Program-made: the position numbers and the translations under genes | Assembly: GCA_965217865.1 (NCBI GenBank) | Contig: CBDCJO010000002.1 | Coordinates: 4,736,001-4,800,000 of the forward strand | DNA: 64,000 bases | Origin: Candidatus Latescibacterota bacterium | Lineage (GTDB): Bacteria > Latescibacterota > UBA2968 > SICM01 | Reading direction: 5' to 3' | Notes under the pieces: model-generated | What the model was told of the DNA's origin: nothing | What the model saw: only the letters and a program-made list of their open reading frames with translations | Database searches by the model: none | Part shown: piece by piece, positions 18,698 through 27,915 of the stretch | How positions within the stretch are numbered: position 1 is the stretch's first letter | How the letters are laid out: each line of letters starts with the position of its first letter

Positions 18698-19996
18698 ATG
18701 CCCCATCGTAAAGCCGTTAGAAGGCTTCAGCTCTGCGTCATGTCCATCCTTGCCGGGTTTTCCTTTTCAGAAGCTGCTGGACAGGATCTTGTCGTGATCG
18801 CCACGACAGACTTCTCCGTATTCGGCAGCCTGGCGGCTTTCGAACCGGAGGCAGACACCGCGTCGGTGAACCTGGTCAATACCCACGGTGACAATGCGAT
18901 CCGGTCCTACCAGGGTTTGGTCTATGTTATCAACCAACTCGGAGGCGACAACATTATGGTCCTGGATCCCGAGGACCTGAGCGTGTCGATCCGGCAGTTC
19001 TCGGTTGGGGAAGGATCTAATCCACGCGATATCGCATTCATCAGCGAGACGAAGGCCTACGTGCCCCGGTATGCAAAGCCGAGTCTGCTCGTCGTGAACC
19101 CGGCAACCGGGGATTCCTTGAAGGCGATCGATCTCTCTCCTTTCGCGGATGAAGACGGAATCCCGGAGATGAACGCCGCGCTGGCCGTCGACGGCAGGGT
19201 CTATGTCACGTGTCAGCGTCTCGACCGGAACGCTTTTTTTGCCCCAACGGACCGGAGCGTCGTGGCGGTCATCGATGCGGAGGCGGATTCGTTGATGGAC
19301 CTTGACCCGGAGGAGGCTGGGGTTCAGGGGATCGACCTGACGCTCAAGAATCCGGACACCGCAGTCCTGAGGAACGGAAAGATCTACATCAGCTGCGTGG
19401 GGGCGTTTCTTGATTTTACGGACGGGGGGATCGAGATCGTTGACACCGCGGAGAACCGATCCCTCGGCCCGGGCATCAACGAGGCGGAACTGGGCGGGGA
19501 AGTCGGGGCCATCGCCATGTCCTCCGACACCAGGGGCTATGTGGTACTGGGCGACTCGTCCTTCTCAAATTCGATCAAAGCATTCGACCTGTCGGACAGG
19601 ACCGCATCCGAACCCCTCGATGGCCACTCCGGCGGGTTTACCCCGGACATCCAGATTGCAGGGGGGAAACTCTACGTGGCCGATCGGGGGAGCTTTACGG
19701 ACCCGGAATCCGCAGGGATCCTGATCTACGACAGCGAGACCGGAGAGAGGCTCAAGGGGCCGATCAACACGGGTCTTCCCCCTCACGGGATTGCATTTGT
19801 GGGTCCGGGAAGTCTGGCTTCTGACTTCGACGCAGACGGGGATGTGGACCTGGATGATTTTTTTGCCTTCGCCGCTGTGTTCGGAACCAAGACGGGCGAA
19901 GCGGGATTTGAGGACAGGTTCGATCTTGTCCCAAGCGGCGAAATCGATTTCGATGATTTCTTCTTCTTTGCGGGTGACTTCGGGAAGAAAGGATGA
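18698..19996 (+). CDS. YncE/BtuG-like beta-propeller surface protein with C-terminal paired EF-hand/dockerin-like domain
   Basis: Signal peptide; propeller repeats (NPRDIAFISETKAYV, NPDTAVLRNGKIYIS); tail SDFDADGDVDLDDFFAFAAVFG...FDLVPSGEIDFDDFFFFAGDFG. Confidence 0.8.
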   Translation: MPHRKAVRRLQLCVMSILAGFSFSEAAGQDLVVIATTDFSVFGSLAAFEPEADTASVNLVNTHGDNAIRSYQGLVYVINQLGGDNIMVLDPEDLSVSIRQFSVGEGSNPRDIAFISETKAYVPRYAKPSLLVVNPATGDSLKAIDLSPFADEDGIPEMNAALAVDGRVYVTCQRLDRNAFFAPTDRSVVAVIDAEADSLMDLDPEEAGVQGIDLTLKNPDTAVLRNGKIYISCVGAFLDFTDGGIEIVDTAENRSLGPGINEAELGGEVGAIAMSSDTRGYVVLGDSSFSNSIKAFDLSDRTASEPLDGHSGGFTPDIQIAGGKLYVADRGSFTDPESAGILIYDSETGERLKGPINTGLPPHGIAFVGPGSLASDFDADGDVDLDDFFAFAAVFGTKTGEAGFEDRFDLVPSGEIDFDDFFFFAGDFGKKG

Positions 19997-20082
19997 TCAA
20001 TTTCGGATTAGGGATTTTTGATATAGGGAATGAAAAGCCTAAAGGACCATCAAATCCTGAATCCGCAAGCTAGGAGTTCCAA

Positions 20083-20646
20083 ATGCCACGTATCACAAAG
20101 GTTTACACGCGAAAAGGAGACGACGGCTCGACCAAGCTGGGAGGCGGTCAGGAAGTGCAGAAGGACGCCCTTCGAATCGAGGCCTTCGGGACCGTGGATG
20201 AGCTGAACTCCCATATCGGAGCGGCCGTGGCTGCGGGCCTCCAAGAAACCCTGGTGAAGACGCTATCCACGATCCGGAACGATCTTTTCCATCTCGGATC
20301 GGATCTCTGTATTCTGGAGAAGGACAAGGTTCGCATCCCGGTACCTACGATAGAACAACGCCACGTGGATACGATCGAGGAAACGATCGATCGGCTTTCC
20401 GATTCACTCGAACCACTGGAAAACTTCATCCTTCCCGGTGGCTCACCCGGGGCTGCACAGCTTCACATCGCGAGAACGGTGTGCCGCCGAGCGGAGCGGC
20501 TCGTCGTGGCTCTCGCCAGGAAAGAGGCTCTCGGGGCATACACGGTGAAATATCTGAATCGCCTGTCGGACCTTTTGTTCGTGATGGCCCGGTACGAGAA
20601 CCGGAAGTTAAATATTCCGGACGTCACCTGGGACAGCAGGGCTTAA
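20083..20646 (+). CDS. pduO: ATP:cob(I)alamin adenosyltransferase, PduO type
   Basis: [29 protein letters not shown] and [10 protein letters not shown]. Confidence 0.95.
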   Translation: MPRITKVYTRKGDDGSTKLGGGQEVQKDALRIEAFGTVDELNSHIGAAVAAGLQETLVKTLSTIRNDLFHLGSDLCILEKDKVRIPVPTIEQRHVDTIEETIDRLSDSLEPLENFILPGGSPGAAQLHIARTVCRRAERLVVALARKEALGAYTVKYLNRLSDLLFVMARYENRKLNIPDVTWDSRA

Positions 20647-20673
20647 GGGCACTTCTCAAAACGGAGAGGCTTC

Positions 20674-21363
20674 ATGCCGGATCGTCCCAAGGCGCTTCTC
20701 GCGTGGAGCAGCGGAAAGGACAGTGCTTGGACCCTGCAGGTTCTGGGGCAAAGCGATGAGGTGGAGGTTGTGGGGCTAATGACAACGATGAACCAAGTCT
20801 ACGATCGAATCGCGATGCACGCGGTTCGGTCCGAGCTGCTCAGGGAACAGGCGAATGCCACCGGGCTTCCCCTCCGAGAGGTTCCGATCCCGAGCCCTTG
20901 CAGCAACGAGGCCTACGAATCTGCCATGTCGGAAGCAATCAAGGGGGCGAAATCAGACGGCATCAGCCTTATGGCATTTGGGGACCTCTTCCTTGAGGAT
21001 GTCCGCCGCTACCGAGAGGAGCGTCTCGAGGGCACAGGAGTTTCACCCATATTTCCGATCTGGGGGATGTCCACGCCTTCCCTGGCCAGAGAGATGGTAT
21101 CGTCGGGAGTGCAGGCCTACCTGACGTGCGTCGATCCTCGTCAGCTGTCAGACTCTTTCGCAGGTCGTGCATTCGATGCAACCTTTCTTGCCGATCTGCC
21201 TGTTTCGGTCGATCCCTGCGGCGAACGGGGGGAGTTCCACACGTTTGTCTGGGACGGGCCGATGTTCCAGCATCCCGTTCCCGTGAATAGAGGGAAAATC
21301 GTTGAGCGGGAAGGTTTTGTTTTCGCGGATCTCATATTGGAGAGAGGCTCAGACGGAATCTGA
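20674..21363 (+). CDS. DUF71/COG2102 (Dph6-like) PP-loop ATPase
   Basis: WSSGKDS PP-loop, FGDLFLED and DPCGERGEFHTFV. Confidence 0.88.
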   Translation: MPDRPKALLAWSSGKDSAWTLQVLGQSDEVEVVGLMTTMNQVYDRIAMHAVRSELLREQANATGLPLREVPIPSPCSNEAYESAMSEAIKGAKSDGISLMAFGDLFLEDVRRYREERLEGTGVSPIFPIWGMSTPSLAREMVSSGVQAYLTCVDPRQLSDSFAGRAFDATFLADLPVSVDPCGERGEFHTFVWDGPMFQHPVPVNRGKIVEREGFVFADLILERGSDGI

Positions 21364-21371
21364 GGAGGCAG

Positions 21372-21911
21372 ATGGCCAGGATTGTCGTTGTAACAGGGGG
21401 GTGCCGAAGCGGCAAAAGCGTATATGCCCAGAAGATGGCGGAAGCCCTCCCCGGTCGTCGGGCATTCATAGCGACATGTCCTCCCATCGACGAAGAGATG
21501 AAGGCCCGAATCCAAAAACATCAAGAGGCCAGATTCCGGTTGGGGTGGGAGACGATTGAGGAGCCGATTGACCTGCCCTGCGTGCTGAGGAATTCACACG
21601 GATATGAGGTCCTTCTTATCGATTGTTTGACTCTCTGGATCAACAACCTGATGTATCGTGCGGGTCAAGAGGGATGTCTGGTAGAGGAGCACACGATTGA
21701 ACGGCGGTGTCAGGATCTCTTAACGGTTTGTTCGAAGCGGATGGGAACGATCATTTTCGTGACCAACGAGGTGGGGATGGGCATCGTCCCCGAAGACCCT
21801 GTCACACGACGTTATCGCGATCTGGTCGGGCGGTGCAACCGGGTTATCGCGGAAGGTTCGGATACGGTTTTTTTGATGGTATGCGGAATTCCAACAAAGC
21901 TGAAAGGATAA
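21372..21911 (+). CDS. cobU: Adenosylcobinamide kinase/guanylyltransferase
   Basis: GGCRSGKS, EMKARIQKH, LIDCLTLW and VTNEVGMGIVP. Confidence 0.95.
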   Translation: MARIVVVTGGCRSGKSVYAQKMAEALPGRRAFIATCPPIDEEMKARIQKHQEARFRLGWETIEEPIDLPCVLRNSHGYEVLLIDCLTLWINNLMYRAGQEGCLVEEHTIERRCQDLLTVCSKRMGTIIFVTNEVGMGIVPEDPVTRRYRDLVGRCNRVIAEGSDTVFLMVCGIPTKLKG

Positions 21912-22055
21912 AAATCTCGTGAATAGTCGTCCGTGATTCGAAAATCCCTCCTTGAATTATCTTTCCTTTTCGCCCTAACTGTCATACTCATTTCATCTTT
22001 TCCAATCCTCGATCCACGATAAACGGATTAACAGATCCCCATCCAAGATGATTTA

Positions 22056-23120
22056 ATGAATCTTTTCGAATCAACGATCAAAAAGATCCGCCCTCAAGAT
22101 GCGTCAAGCCGTCAACGGGCAAGGACCCGGCTGGACCAACTCACGATGCCCCACTGGGCGCTCGGCCGCCTGATGGATCTGGCTGAGGATCTGGCCGGGA
22201 TGACACGCTCTGTGCAGCCGCAGGTCGATCGCAGGACGATTGTGACGATGGCGGCGGATCACGGTGTGGTTGCGGAGGGAGTCAGTCGTTACCCGCAGGA
22301 GGTTACTGCGCAGATGGTTCACAACTTTATCGATGGAGGGGCGGGAATCAATGCCCTTGCCCGAGTCCCGGGTGCAGACCTGAGGGTCGTGGACATGGGG
22401 GTCTCCGGGGATCTCAGCGCGATTCCCCGGGGAGATCGATTTATCTCAAGAAGAATCGGACCCGGAACGGATAACATCGCTCGCGGTCCAGCGATGAGCC
22501 GTGAGGAAGCGATCCGTTCGGTCGAGGCTGGGATCGAGATCGCTGCGGAGCTCGAGGATTCGACGGACCTGTTCGGCACCGGCGACATGGGCATCGGGAA
22601 CACCACGCCCAGTTCCGCTATCGCGGCGGTTCTCACGGGGCGTCCGGTCCCTGAGGTAACCGGGCGAGGCACCGGGATCGACGACGCGGGTTTGAAAAGG
22701 AAGGTCGACGTGGTCCGACGGGCCATTCATATCAATCGGCCGGACCCATCCGACGGGGTGGATGTCCTTTCCCGGGTCGGGGGGTTCGAGATCGGCGGGA
22801 TCGTTGGCCTGATACTGGGGGCGGCCTCTTTGAGGAGACCCGTACTGGTGGACGGCTTCATTTCCACCGCAGGCGCTTTGATTGCGTACACCCTTGCCCC
22901 GGCAGCCAGGGATTATATGATTGCCTCACACTGCAGCGCAGAGATGGGCCACCGCGCCGTGCTGGACCATCTCGGCAAACTGCCCCTCCTCGACCTGGAT
23001 CTTCGTCTGGGTGAAGGTACCGGTGCGGCGCTGGCGATGCCGCTGGTCGAATCGGCCGCCAGACTTCTCAAAGAGGTGAAGACGTTCGAGGAAGCCTCTG
23101 TCTCGACGGAGGCGGGGTGA
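22056..23120 (+). CDS. cobT: Nicotinate-nucleotide-dimethylbenzimidazole phosphoribosyltransferase
   Basis: AADHGV, GDMGIGNTT, VDGFIST and LRLGEGTGA. Confidence 0.95.
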   Translation: MNLFESTIKKIRPQDASSRQRARTRLDQLTMPHWALGRLMDLAEDLAGMTRSVQPQVDRRTIVTMAADHGVVAEGVSRYPQEVTAQMVHNFIDGGAGINALARVPGADLRVVDMGVSGDLSAIPRGDRFISRRIGPGTDNIARGPAMSREEAIRSVEAGIEIAAELEDSTDLFGTGDMGIGNTTPSSAIAAVLTGRPVPEVTGRGTGIDDAGLKRKVDVVRRAIHINRPDPSDGVDVLSRVGGFEIGGIVGLILGAASLRRPVLVDGFISTAGALIAYTLAPAARDYMIASHCSAEMGHRAVLDHLGKLPLLDLDLRLGEGTGAALAMPLVESAARLLKEVKTFEEASVSTEAG

Positions 23121-23863
23121 GTCGATTCTTTACGGCGCTGAAGTTTCTGACGATCTTCCCGGTACCCGCCCGGTGGGCTGGGGGGGAGGAGGACATGAGC
23201 CGGTGTCTCCCGTTTTTTCCTTTGGTCGGTATCCTGATCGGCGGCCTCGCAGCGGGTTGGACTTGGGGCCTGGATTATCTTCTACCCCCGTGGCCGACTA
23301 GCGTCCTTGCGGCGGTGGCCCTCGTGGGCATCTCCAGGGCACTGCATATGGACGGCCTATCGGACACGGCGGACGGTTTCCTGAGCTCCCGGCCCCGGGA
23401 TCGTATCCTGGAGATCATGAGAGACAGCCATGTCGGCCTGATGGGGGTTGTCGCGATTGTGTGCATCTTGTGTCTGAAAATCGGAGCGCTGGCGTCGCTT
23501 TCCCAGGAGATACGCTGGCAGGCGGTCCTGCTGGCCCCTGTGGCAGGGCGCTGCGCCTTGGTCATTACCGTGTCCGTTCTCCCGTATGCGAGGTCGGAGG
23601 GTGGGCTCGGCACTCTGTTCTACAGAGGCAAATCGCGACTGGGCGGGGTCTTGGCCTTCCTGTTTCTGGGGCTGGCGGGATGGATGATTTCCGGTTATCC
23701 GGGATTGATCTCTGCCGCGGTTTCCGGAGCCGTCACCCTCCTTTTCGCGGTTTACACTTTCCGAAAGATTCGAGGTGCGACGGGGGACACTCTGGGGGCG
23801 GCGTGTGAAATCGTGGAGCTCGTCCCACCTCTGACGATGACAGTGTTCCCGGCGACAGCGTGA
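23117..23863 (+). CDS. cobS: Adenosylcobinamide-GDP ribazoletransferase (cobalamin synthase)
   Basis: LHMDGLSDTADG, IMRDSHVG and GATGDTLGA; GTGA overlap with cobT. Confidence 0.95.
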   Translation: MSRFFTALKFLTIFPVPARWAGGEEDMSRCLPFFPLVGILIGGLAAGWTWGLDYLLPPWPTSVLAAVALVGISRALHMDGLSDTADGFLSSRPRDRILEIMRDSHVGLMGVVAIVCILCLKIGALASLSQEIRWQAVLLAPVAGRCALVITVSVLPYARSEGGLGTLFYRGKSRLGGVLAFLFLGLAGWMISGYPGLISAAVSGAVTLLFAVYTFRKIRGATGDTLGAACEIVELVPPLTMTVFPATA

Positions 23864-23924
23864 GGGGCTTACTGAGGAGATTGGTAAATCACCTTGACGA
23901 TCCCTTTCTTTTTTTGTTTCTTCA

Positions 23925-23945
23925 AAATGCAATATAATTGCATTT
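23925..23945 (+). promoter_or_regulatory. Putative Fur/Zur-family operator
   Basis: Perfect inverted repeat AAATGCAAT-ATA-ATTGCATTT overlapping TATAAT, 12 bp before the Fur-family gene. Confidence 0.7.
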
Positions 23946-23957
23946 GAGGGAATCGAC

Positions 23958-24383
23958 GTGGATTATGTTGAATACGCCTGCAACAAGCTGAGGGCAAACG
24001 GTTACCGGATCACATCTCCGAGGACCCGGATATTATCCCTTCTAGAGGCCGAGGACCGAGCCCTTTCCCCGTATGACATCCGTTATCGACTGCTTAAGAA
24101 ACGGTTCAGGCTTGATGTGGTGACGGTTTACAGGGTGCTGGAGGTGCTGGAACGCCTGGGACTCGCCCATCGAATCTACAGCACGGGGGGATACGTGCGA
24201 TGTCGCCGGAGGGACCTTCGACATCACCACCATCACCTCGTTTGTACAGGATGCGGGAATATTTTAGAGATCACGGGGGATCAGGTAGACGAGGTGGTCA
24301 ACAGGGTAGAGGGGGAAAGCGGATACCGGGTGGCCGGGCACATCCTTGAGTTGATCGGACTTTGCAGGTCCTGTCAGGTTTAA
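23958..24383 (+). CDS. Fur-family regulator, probably Zur
   Basis: RITSPR, TVYRVLE, HHHHHLVCTGCG and C-terminal CxxC; next to ZIP and COG0523 genes. Confidence 0.9.
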   Translation: MDYVEYACNKLRANGYRITSPRTRILSLLEAEDRALSPYDIRYRLLKKRFRLDVVTVYRVLEVLERLGLAHRIYSTGGYVRCRRRDLRHHHHHLVCTGCGNILEITGDQVDEVVNRVEGESGYRVAGHILELIGLCRSCQV

Positions 24384-24398
24384 CTTTGGGGCAATGGA

Positions 24399-25145
24399 AT
24401 GACAAAAATGGCTTTCCTAGCGATCCTCTTTGGCATTCTGAGCCTGGGTGTCAATGTTTTTGGTGGGTTCGTAGCCGTCCGGGCCTCAAGGTCACAAACG
24501 GGGATAGCCTATACGGTCGCCGCCGGAGCCGGTTTCATGCTAGCGATAGCCTTGTTGGAGATGCTTCCTGAAGGTCTTGCGCGGACCCCTCTTGCACCGC
24601 TCTTCGCGCTGATCGGTTACGGTCTGATTCACGTTTGCGAACACGTTTTCACGCCCCATTTCCATTTCGGCGAGGAGGTCCATCCCGAGGCGATGATCGG
24701 AACGACCGCTTCCATGGCCGCACTTTTCGGGCTGATCGCCCATTCATTCATCGACGGGCTGTCGATTGCCGGCGGGGTGGCCGCGGGTTCTTTCCTGGGC
24801 ATCCTGATCTTCCTGGGCGTGGCGGTACACAGCATTCCCGCAGGATTTACGATGGGTTCGATCATGCTTGCGGCAGGACGTTCGGGGCGCACTGCCATTC
24901 TGTCGTCTCTTTTGATCGGTGCAGCAACTCTGGTGGGGACGTGCAGCGTCTTTGTGATCGGGGAGGGTACCCCTGCTATCGTCGGGGTGGTGCTGTCCCT
25001 CTCTGCGGGGTCATTCATATATATCGCTGCAACGGACCTCATCCCTATCGTTAACGCGCTTGAGCGGCGACACACGACTTGGGCGATCTTAGGCGGAGTT
25101 GTGCTTTTCTATGGTGCAAACAGACTGGTGGACGCCGTCCAGTGA
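24399..25145 (+). CDS. ZIP-family metal transporter
   Basis: AGFML, HFHFGEEVH loop, HSFIDG, HSIPAG and FIYIAATDLIP. Confidence 0.9.
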   Translation: MTKMAFLAILFGILSLGVNVFGGFVAVRASRSQTGIAYTVAAGAGFMLAIALLEMLPEGLARTPLAPLFALIGYGLIHVCEHVFTPHFHFGEEVHPEAMIGTTASMAALFGLIAHSFIDGLSIAGGVAAGSFLGILIFLGVAVHSIPAGFTMGSIMLAAGRSGRTAILSSLLIGAATLVGTCSVFVIGEGTPAIVGVVLSLSAGSFIYIAATDLIPIVNALERRHTTWAILGGVVLFYGANRLVDAVQ

Positions 25146-25290
25146 AGGATGAGTATGAAGGATGCAGGGAGAAAAAGAGACCGATGGTCCAGTTTTCATG
25201 TTCCAAGTCTAATCACGCAGGGAATGGGATCTAATGAGACATCCTAACGGTTCCATCTTCATTCAGGATCCAGATTGAAGGAGGATCGGC

Positions 25291-26001
25291 ATGAGTAATA
25301 AAGCGAATGTGCAGGACCTTCTCGGACTTGCCCGGGCGCCGACAGCCGTGGGTTTTTTTGACTGCCCACCTGAGGGGGTACCGCAGTGGGAGGGGGGTGA
25401 GGTTCCGGCAGGTTGTGTGTTTTGGAGGAAAGCGATGGAGGGAATGACATTCTATACGGTCCAGTCCGACCACTACAACTGTGCGGTGGGTTGCCACACC
25501 CATCACATCGACCTGCCTTCCGATCGGGCAGAAGAGCTGGAGGATACGATCTCCTTTATGGTTCAGAAGAGATATATCACAGTGGAGGAGGTTCCAGACA
25601 TTCCGAGGTTGGAAATGTCCCCGAAGTTTATCGCCTATGGGCCGGTCGACGGCGTAAGCTTCGAACCGGATGTGGTCTTCATCGCTGCAAAGCCGGCTCA
25701 GGCGATGCTCATATATGAGGCCGCCCTGAAGGCCGGGGCAGGGGACGCCCTCACACACACCCTCGGACGTCCGGGATGCTCGGTCCTTCCGCTGACCATC
25801 CGGAAGAAGGCGGCAACCCTTTCATTCGGTTGTAAAGGGAACCGGGTCTTTACTGGAACGCCGGACGAGGAGATGTACATCTGCGTTCCAGGGGACCGCT
25901 GGAACGCGATGGCCGAAAAACTGGCGGATGCACATCAGGCCAATGCGGCCATGGAAAACTACTACAACACCCAGAAGGCTAAATTTGAAACCGATTCCTG
26001 A
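25291..26001 (+). CDS. DUF169 family Cys-rich protein
   Basis: GCVFW, CAVG, YGP...EPDVV, PGCS, SFGCKGNR and PDEEM. Confidence 0.8.
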   Translation: MSNKANVQDLLGLARAPTAVGFFDCPPEGVPQWEGGEVPAGCVFWRKAMEGMTFYTVQSDHYNCAVGCHTHHIDLPSDRAEELEDTISFMVQKRYITVEEVPDIPRLEMSPKFIAYGPVDGVSFEPDVVFIAAKPAQAMLIYEAALKAGAGDALTHTLGRPGCSVLPLTIRKKAATLSFGCKGNRVFTGTPDEEMYICVPGDRWNAMAEKLADAHQANAAMENYYNTQKAKFETDS

Positions 26002-26041
26002 TGGGGAATAGGCTCCATTTCATCGTGCAAGAGAACAGGCT

Positions 26042-27073
26042 ATGCAACAACCTCAAAAAACGCCCACGAACCTGATCACAGGCTTGCTGGGTGTCGGAAA
26101 GACGTCCGCCATCGTTGACCTTCTCAAAAGCAGGCCTCAAACAGGCCGCTGGGCGGTTCTGGTCAATGAATTCGGACAGGTTCCGATCGACCAGACGGCA
26201 TTCGAGCGGGCCGGAGAGGAAGGGCTACAGGTGCGCGAAGTGGCCGGGGGTTGTCTCTGCTGTTCGGGTGACGTTCCGTTGAAAGTCGCCGTCCTGGGGC
26301 TCCTCCGCCAGATTCAATCCGATCGGTTGTTGATAGAGCTCTCGGGTTTGGGTCACCCCGGACAAGTGATGGATGAATTGCGGAGCGAAAGGTTGCGGGA
26401 GCTGTTGGATATCCGAACGACGGTCTGTCTGGTCGACCCGAGGGATTTCGATGATCCCTATGTCGTCGACTCCCAGGTCTTTCAGGACCAAGTCCACATG
26501 GCCGATGTACTGGTCGCAAACAAGGAGGATCTGGCGGAAAACGAATCGATTGATCGATTCCTCGATTGGGCGAGAGGCCTGTTTCCGCCAAAGATTCATA
26601 TCGCCTCGACGCGAGGAGGTCGCCTTGACCCAACATGGCTGGATCTGGAGACCAGCCCATTGCGGGTGCCGATGTTTCCGGACGCCCACGTCCACCCGGA
26701 GGAACCCGCGGATGAGCATTTCCCTTCGTTGGAAAATAATGAGAACAGAAAACCCTCTCCCGCTCCAGGCCGACCCCATCGTGTGGAAAGCGAAGGGCTG
26801 GGCCATTATGCGTGCGGCTGGATCTTCTCTCCGGAGGACGTGTTCGACGACGACCGCCTGATGAGCCTTTTGGCTGCCGGCGATTCCATAGAGCGATTGA
26901 AGGGGGTATTCCGTATCGGAGGAGAATGGATTCTGGTCAACCGGGTTGGTAAGGAGATCGATTCTCAACCGGTCGCTTATCGGAGGGACAGCAGGTTGGA
27001 GGTTATATCAAAAGAACCCCCAGACACCTGGAGTTCCTTTGAAAAAACCCTGGTTGGAAGTATCAAGCATTAA
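26042..27073 (+). CDS. COG0523/CobW-family G3E GTPase metallochaperone
   Basis: GLLGVGKT, VNEFG, GGCLCC, ELSGLG, NKxD and ERLKGVF. Confidence 0.92.
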   Translation: MQQPQKTPTNLITGLLGVGKTSAIVDLLKSRPQTGRWAVLVNEFGQVPIDQTAFERAGEEGLQVREVAGGCLCCSGDVPLKVAVLGLLRQIQSDRLLIELSGLGHPGQVMDELRSERLRELLDIRTTVCLVDPRDFDDPYVVDSQVFQDQVHMADVLVANKEDLAENESIDRFLDWARGLFPPKIHIASTRGGRLDPTWLDLETSPLRVPMFPDAHVHPEEPADEHFPSLENNENRKPSPAPGRPHRVESEGLGHYACGWIFSPEDVFDDDRLMSLLAAGDSIERLKGVFRIGGEWILVNRVGKEIDSQPVAYRRDSRLEVISKEPPDTWSSFEKTLVGSIKH

Positions 27074-27126
27074 AATCGTGCATCGTCCGGGACATCCCTT
27101 TAGTAAGTCGAATCAATAAAATTCTT

Positions 27127-27912
27127 ATGGGCTCCTTGAGGATATTCCTGGCTATAACCCTGGCCGCCGTCGGCAGCGATTCGGTCTATTCCTGCTCAAA
27201 TTCGCCGGATACCGAACCTGTTTTCACTTACTCGGTCGTCAACACCTTTCCTCACGATCGGAGTTCATTCACGCAGGGTCTTGTCTACGACACGGGTTTC
27301 CTATATGAAGGGATTGGAATTGAGGGAAAATCGGCATTGCAGAGGGTTGATCTGGCCACGGGGGAAATCCTTCAGACCCGTCGGTTGGAGGACCGCTTCT
27401 TCGGAGAAGGCATCACCATTATGGGGGACAAGGTCATCCAGTTGACGTGGGTGTCCAAGGTGGGGTTTGTCTACGACAGGGAGAGCTTCGATCCGGTAGG
27501 TGAGTTCGAATATTCCACCCAGGGATGGGGGATTACGCACGATGGAAAGCAGCTGATCATGAGCGACGGAACAGCAACACTTTATTTCCTGGATCCGTTC
27601 ACTTTCGAGGGAATCGGGCAAATCGAGGTCCGCGGCAAGGATGGACCCGTCACCAGACTAAATGAGCTCGAATACGTACGCGGAGAGATCTTCGCAAATG
27701 TCTGGCAGACGGATCGGATTGCTCGAATTGCACCCCGGACCGGCCGAGTGGTGGGATGGGTCGATTTGGAAGGCCTTTTGAGTGAGGAGGACAGGAAAGA
27801 AACGGTCGATGTCCTGAACGGGATTGCCTATGATGCCGAAACAGATCGATTATTCGTGACGGGAAAATTGTGGCCGAAGCTCTTCGAAATTCAATTGGTG
27901 CCACCAGAATAA
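27127..27912 (+). CDS. Glutaminyl-peptide cyclotransferase (bacterial/plant type)
   Basis: PHD..FTQGL, FGEGIT, QGWG, LNELE and VLNGIAYD..LFVTGKLWP; signal peptide ending VYSC. Confidence 0.93.
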   Translation: MGSLRIFLAITLAAVGSDSVYSCSNSPDTEPVFTYSVVNTFPHDRSSFTQGLVYDTGFLYEGIGIEGKSALQRVDLATGEILQTRRLEDRFFGEGITIMGDKVIQLTWVSKVGFVYDRESFDPVGEFEYSTQGWGITHDGKQLIMSDGTATLYFLDPFTFEGIGQIEVRGKDGPVTRLNELEYVRGEIFANVWQTDRIARIAPRTGRVVGWVDLEGLLSEEDRKETVDVLNGIAYDAETDRLFVTGKLWPKLFEIQLVPPE

Positions 27913-27915
27913 ACT

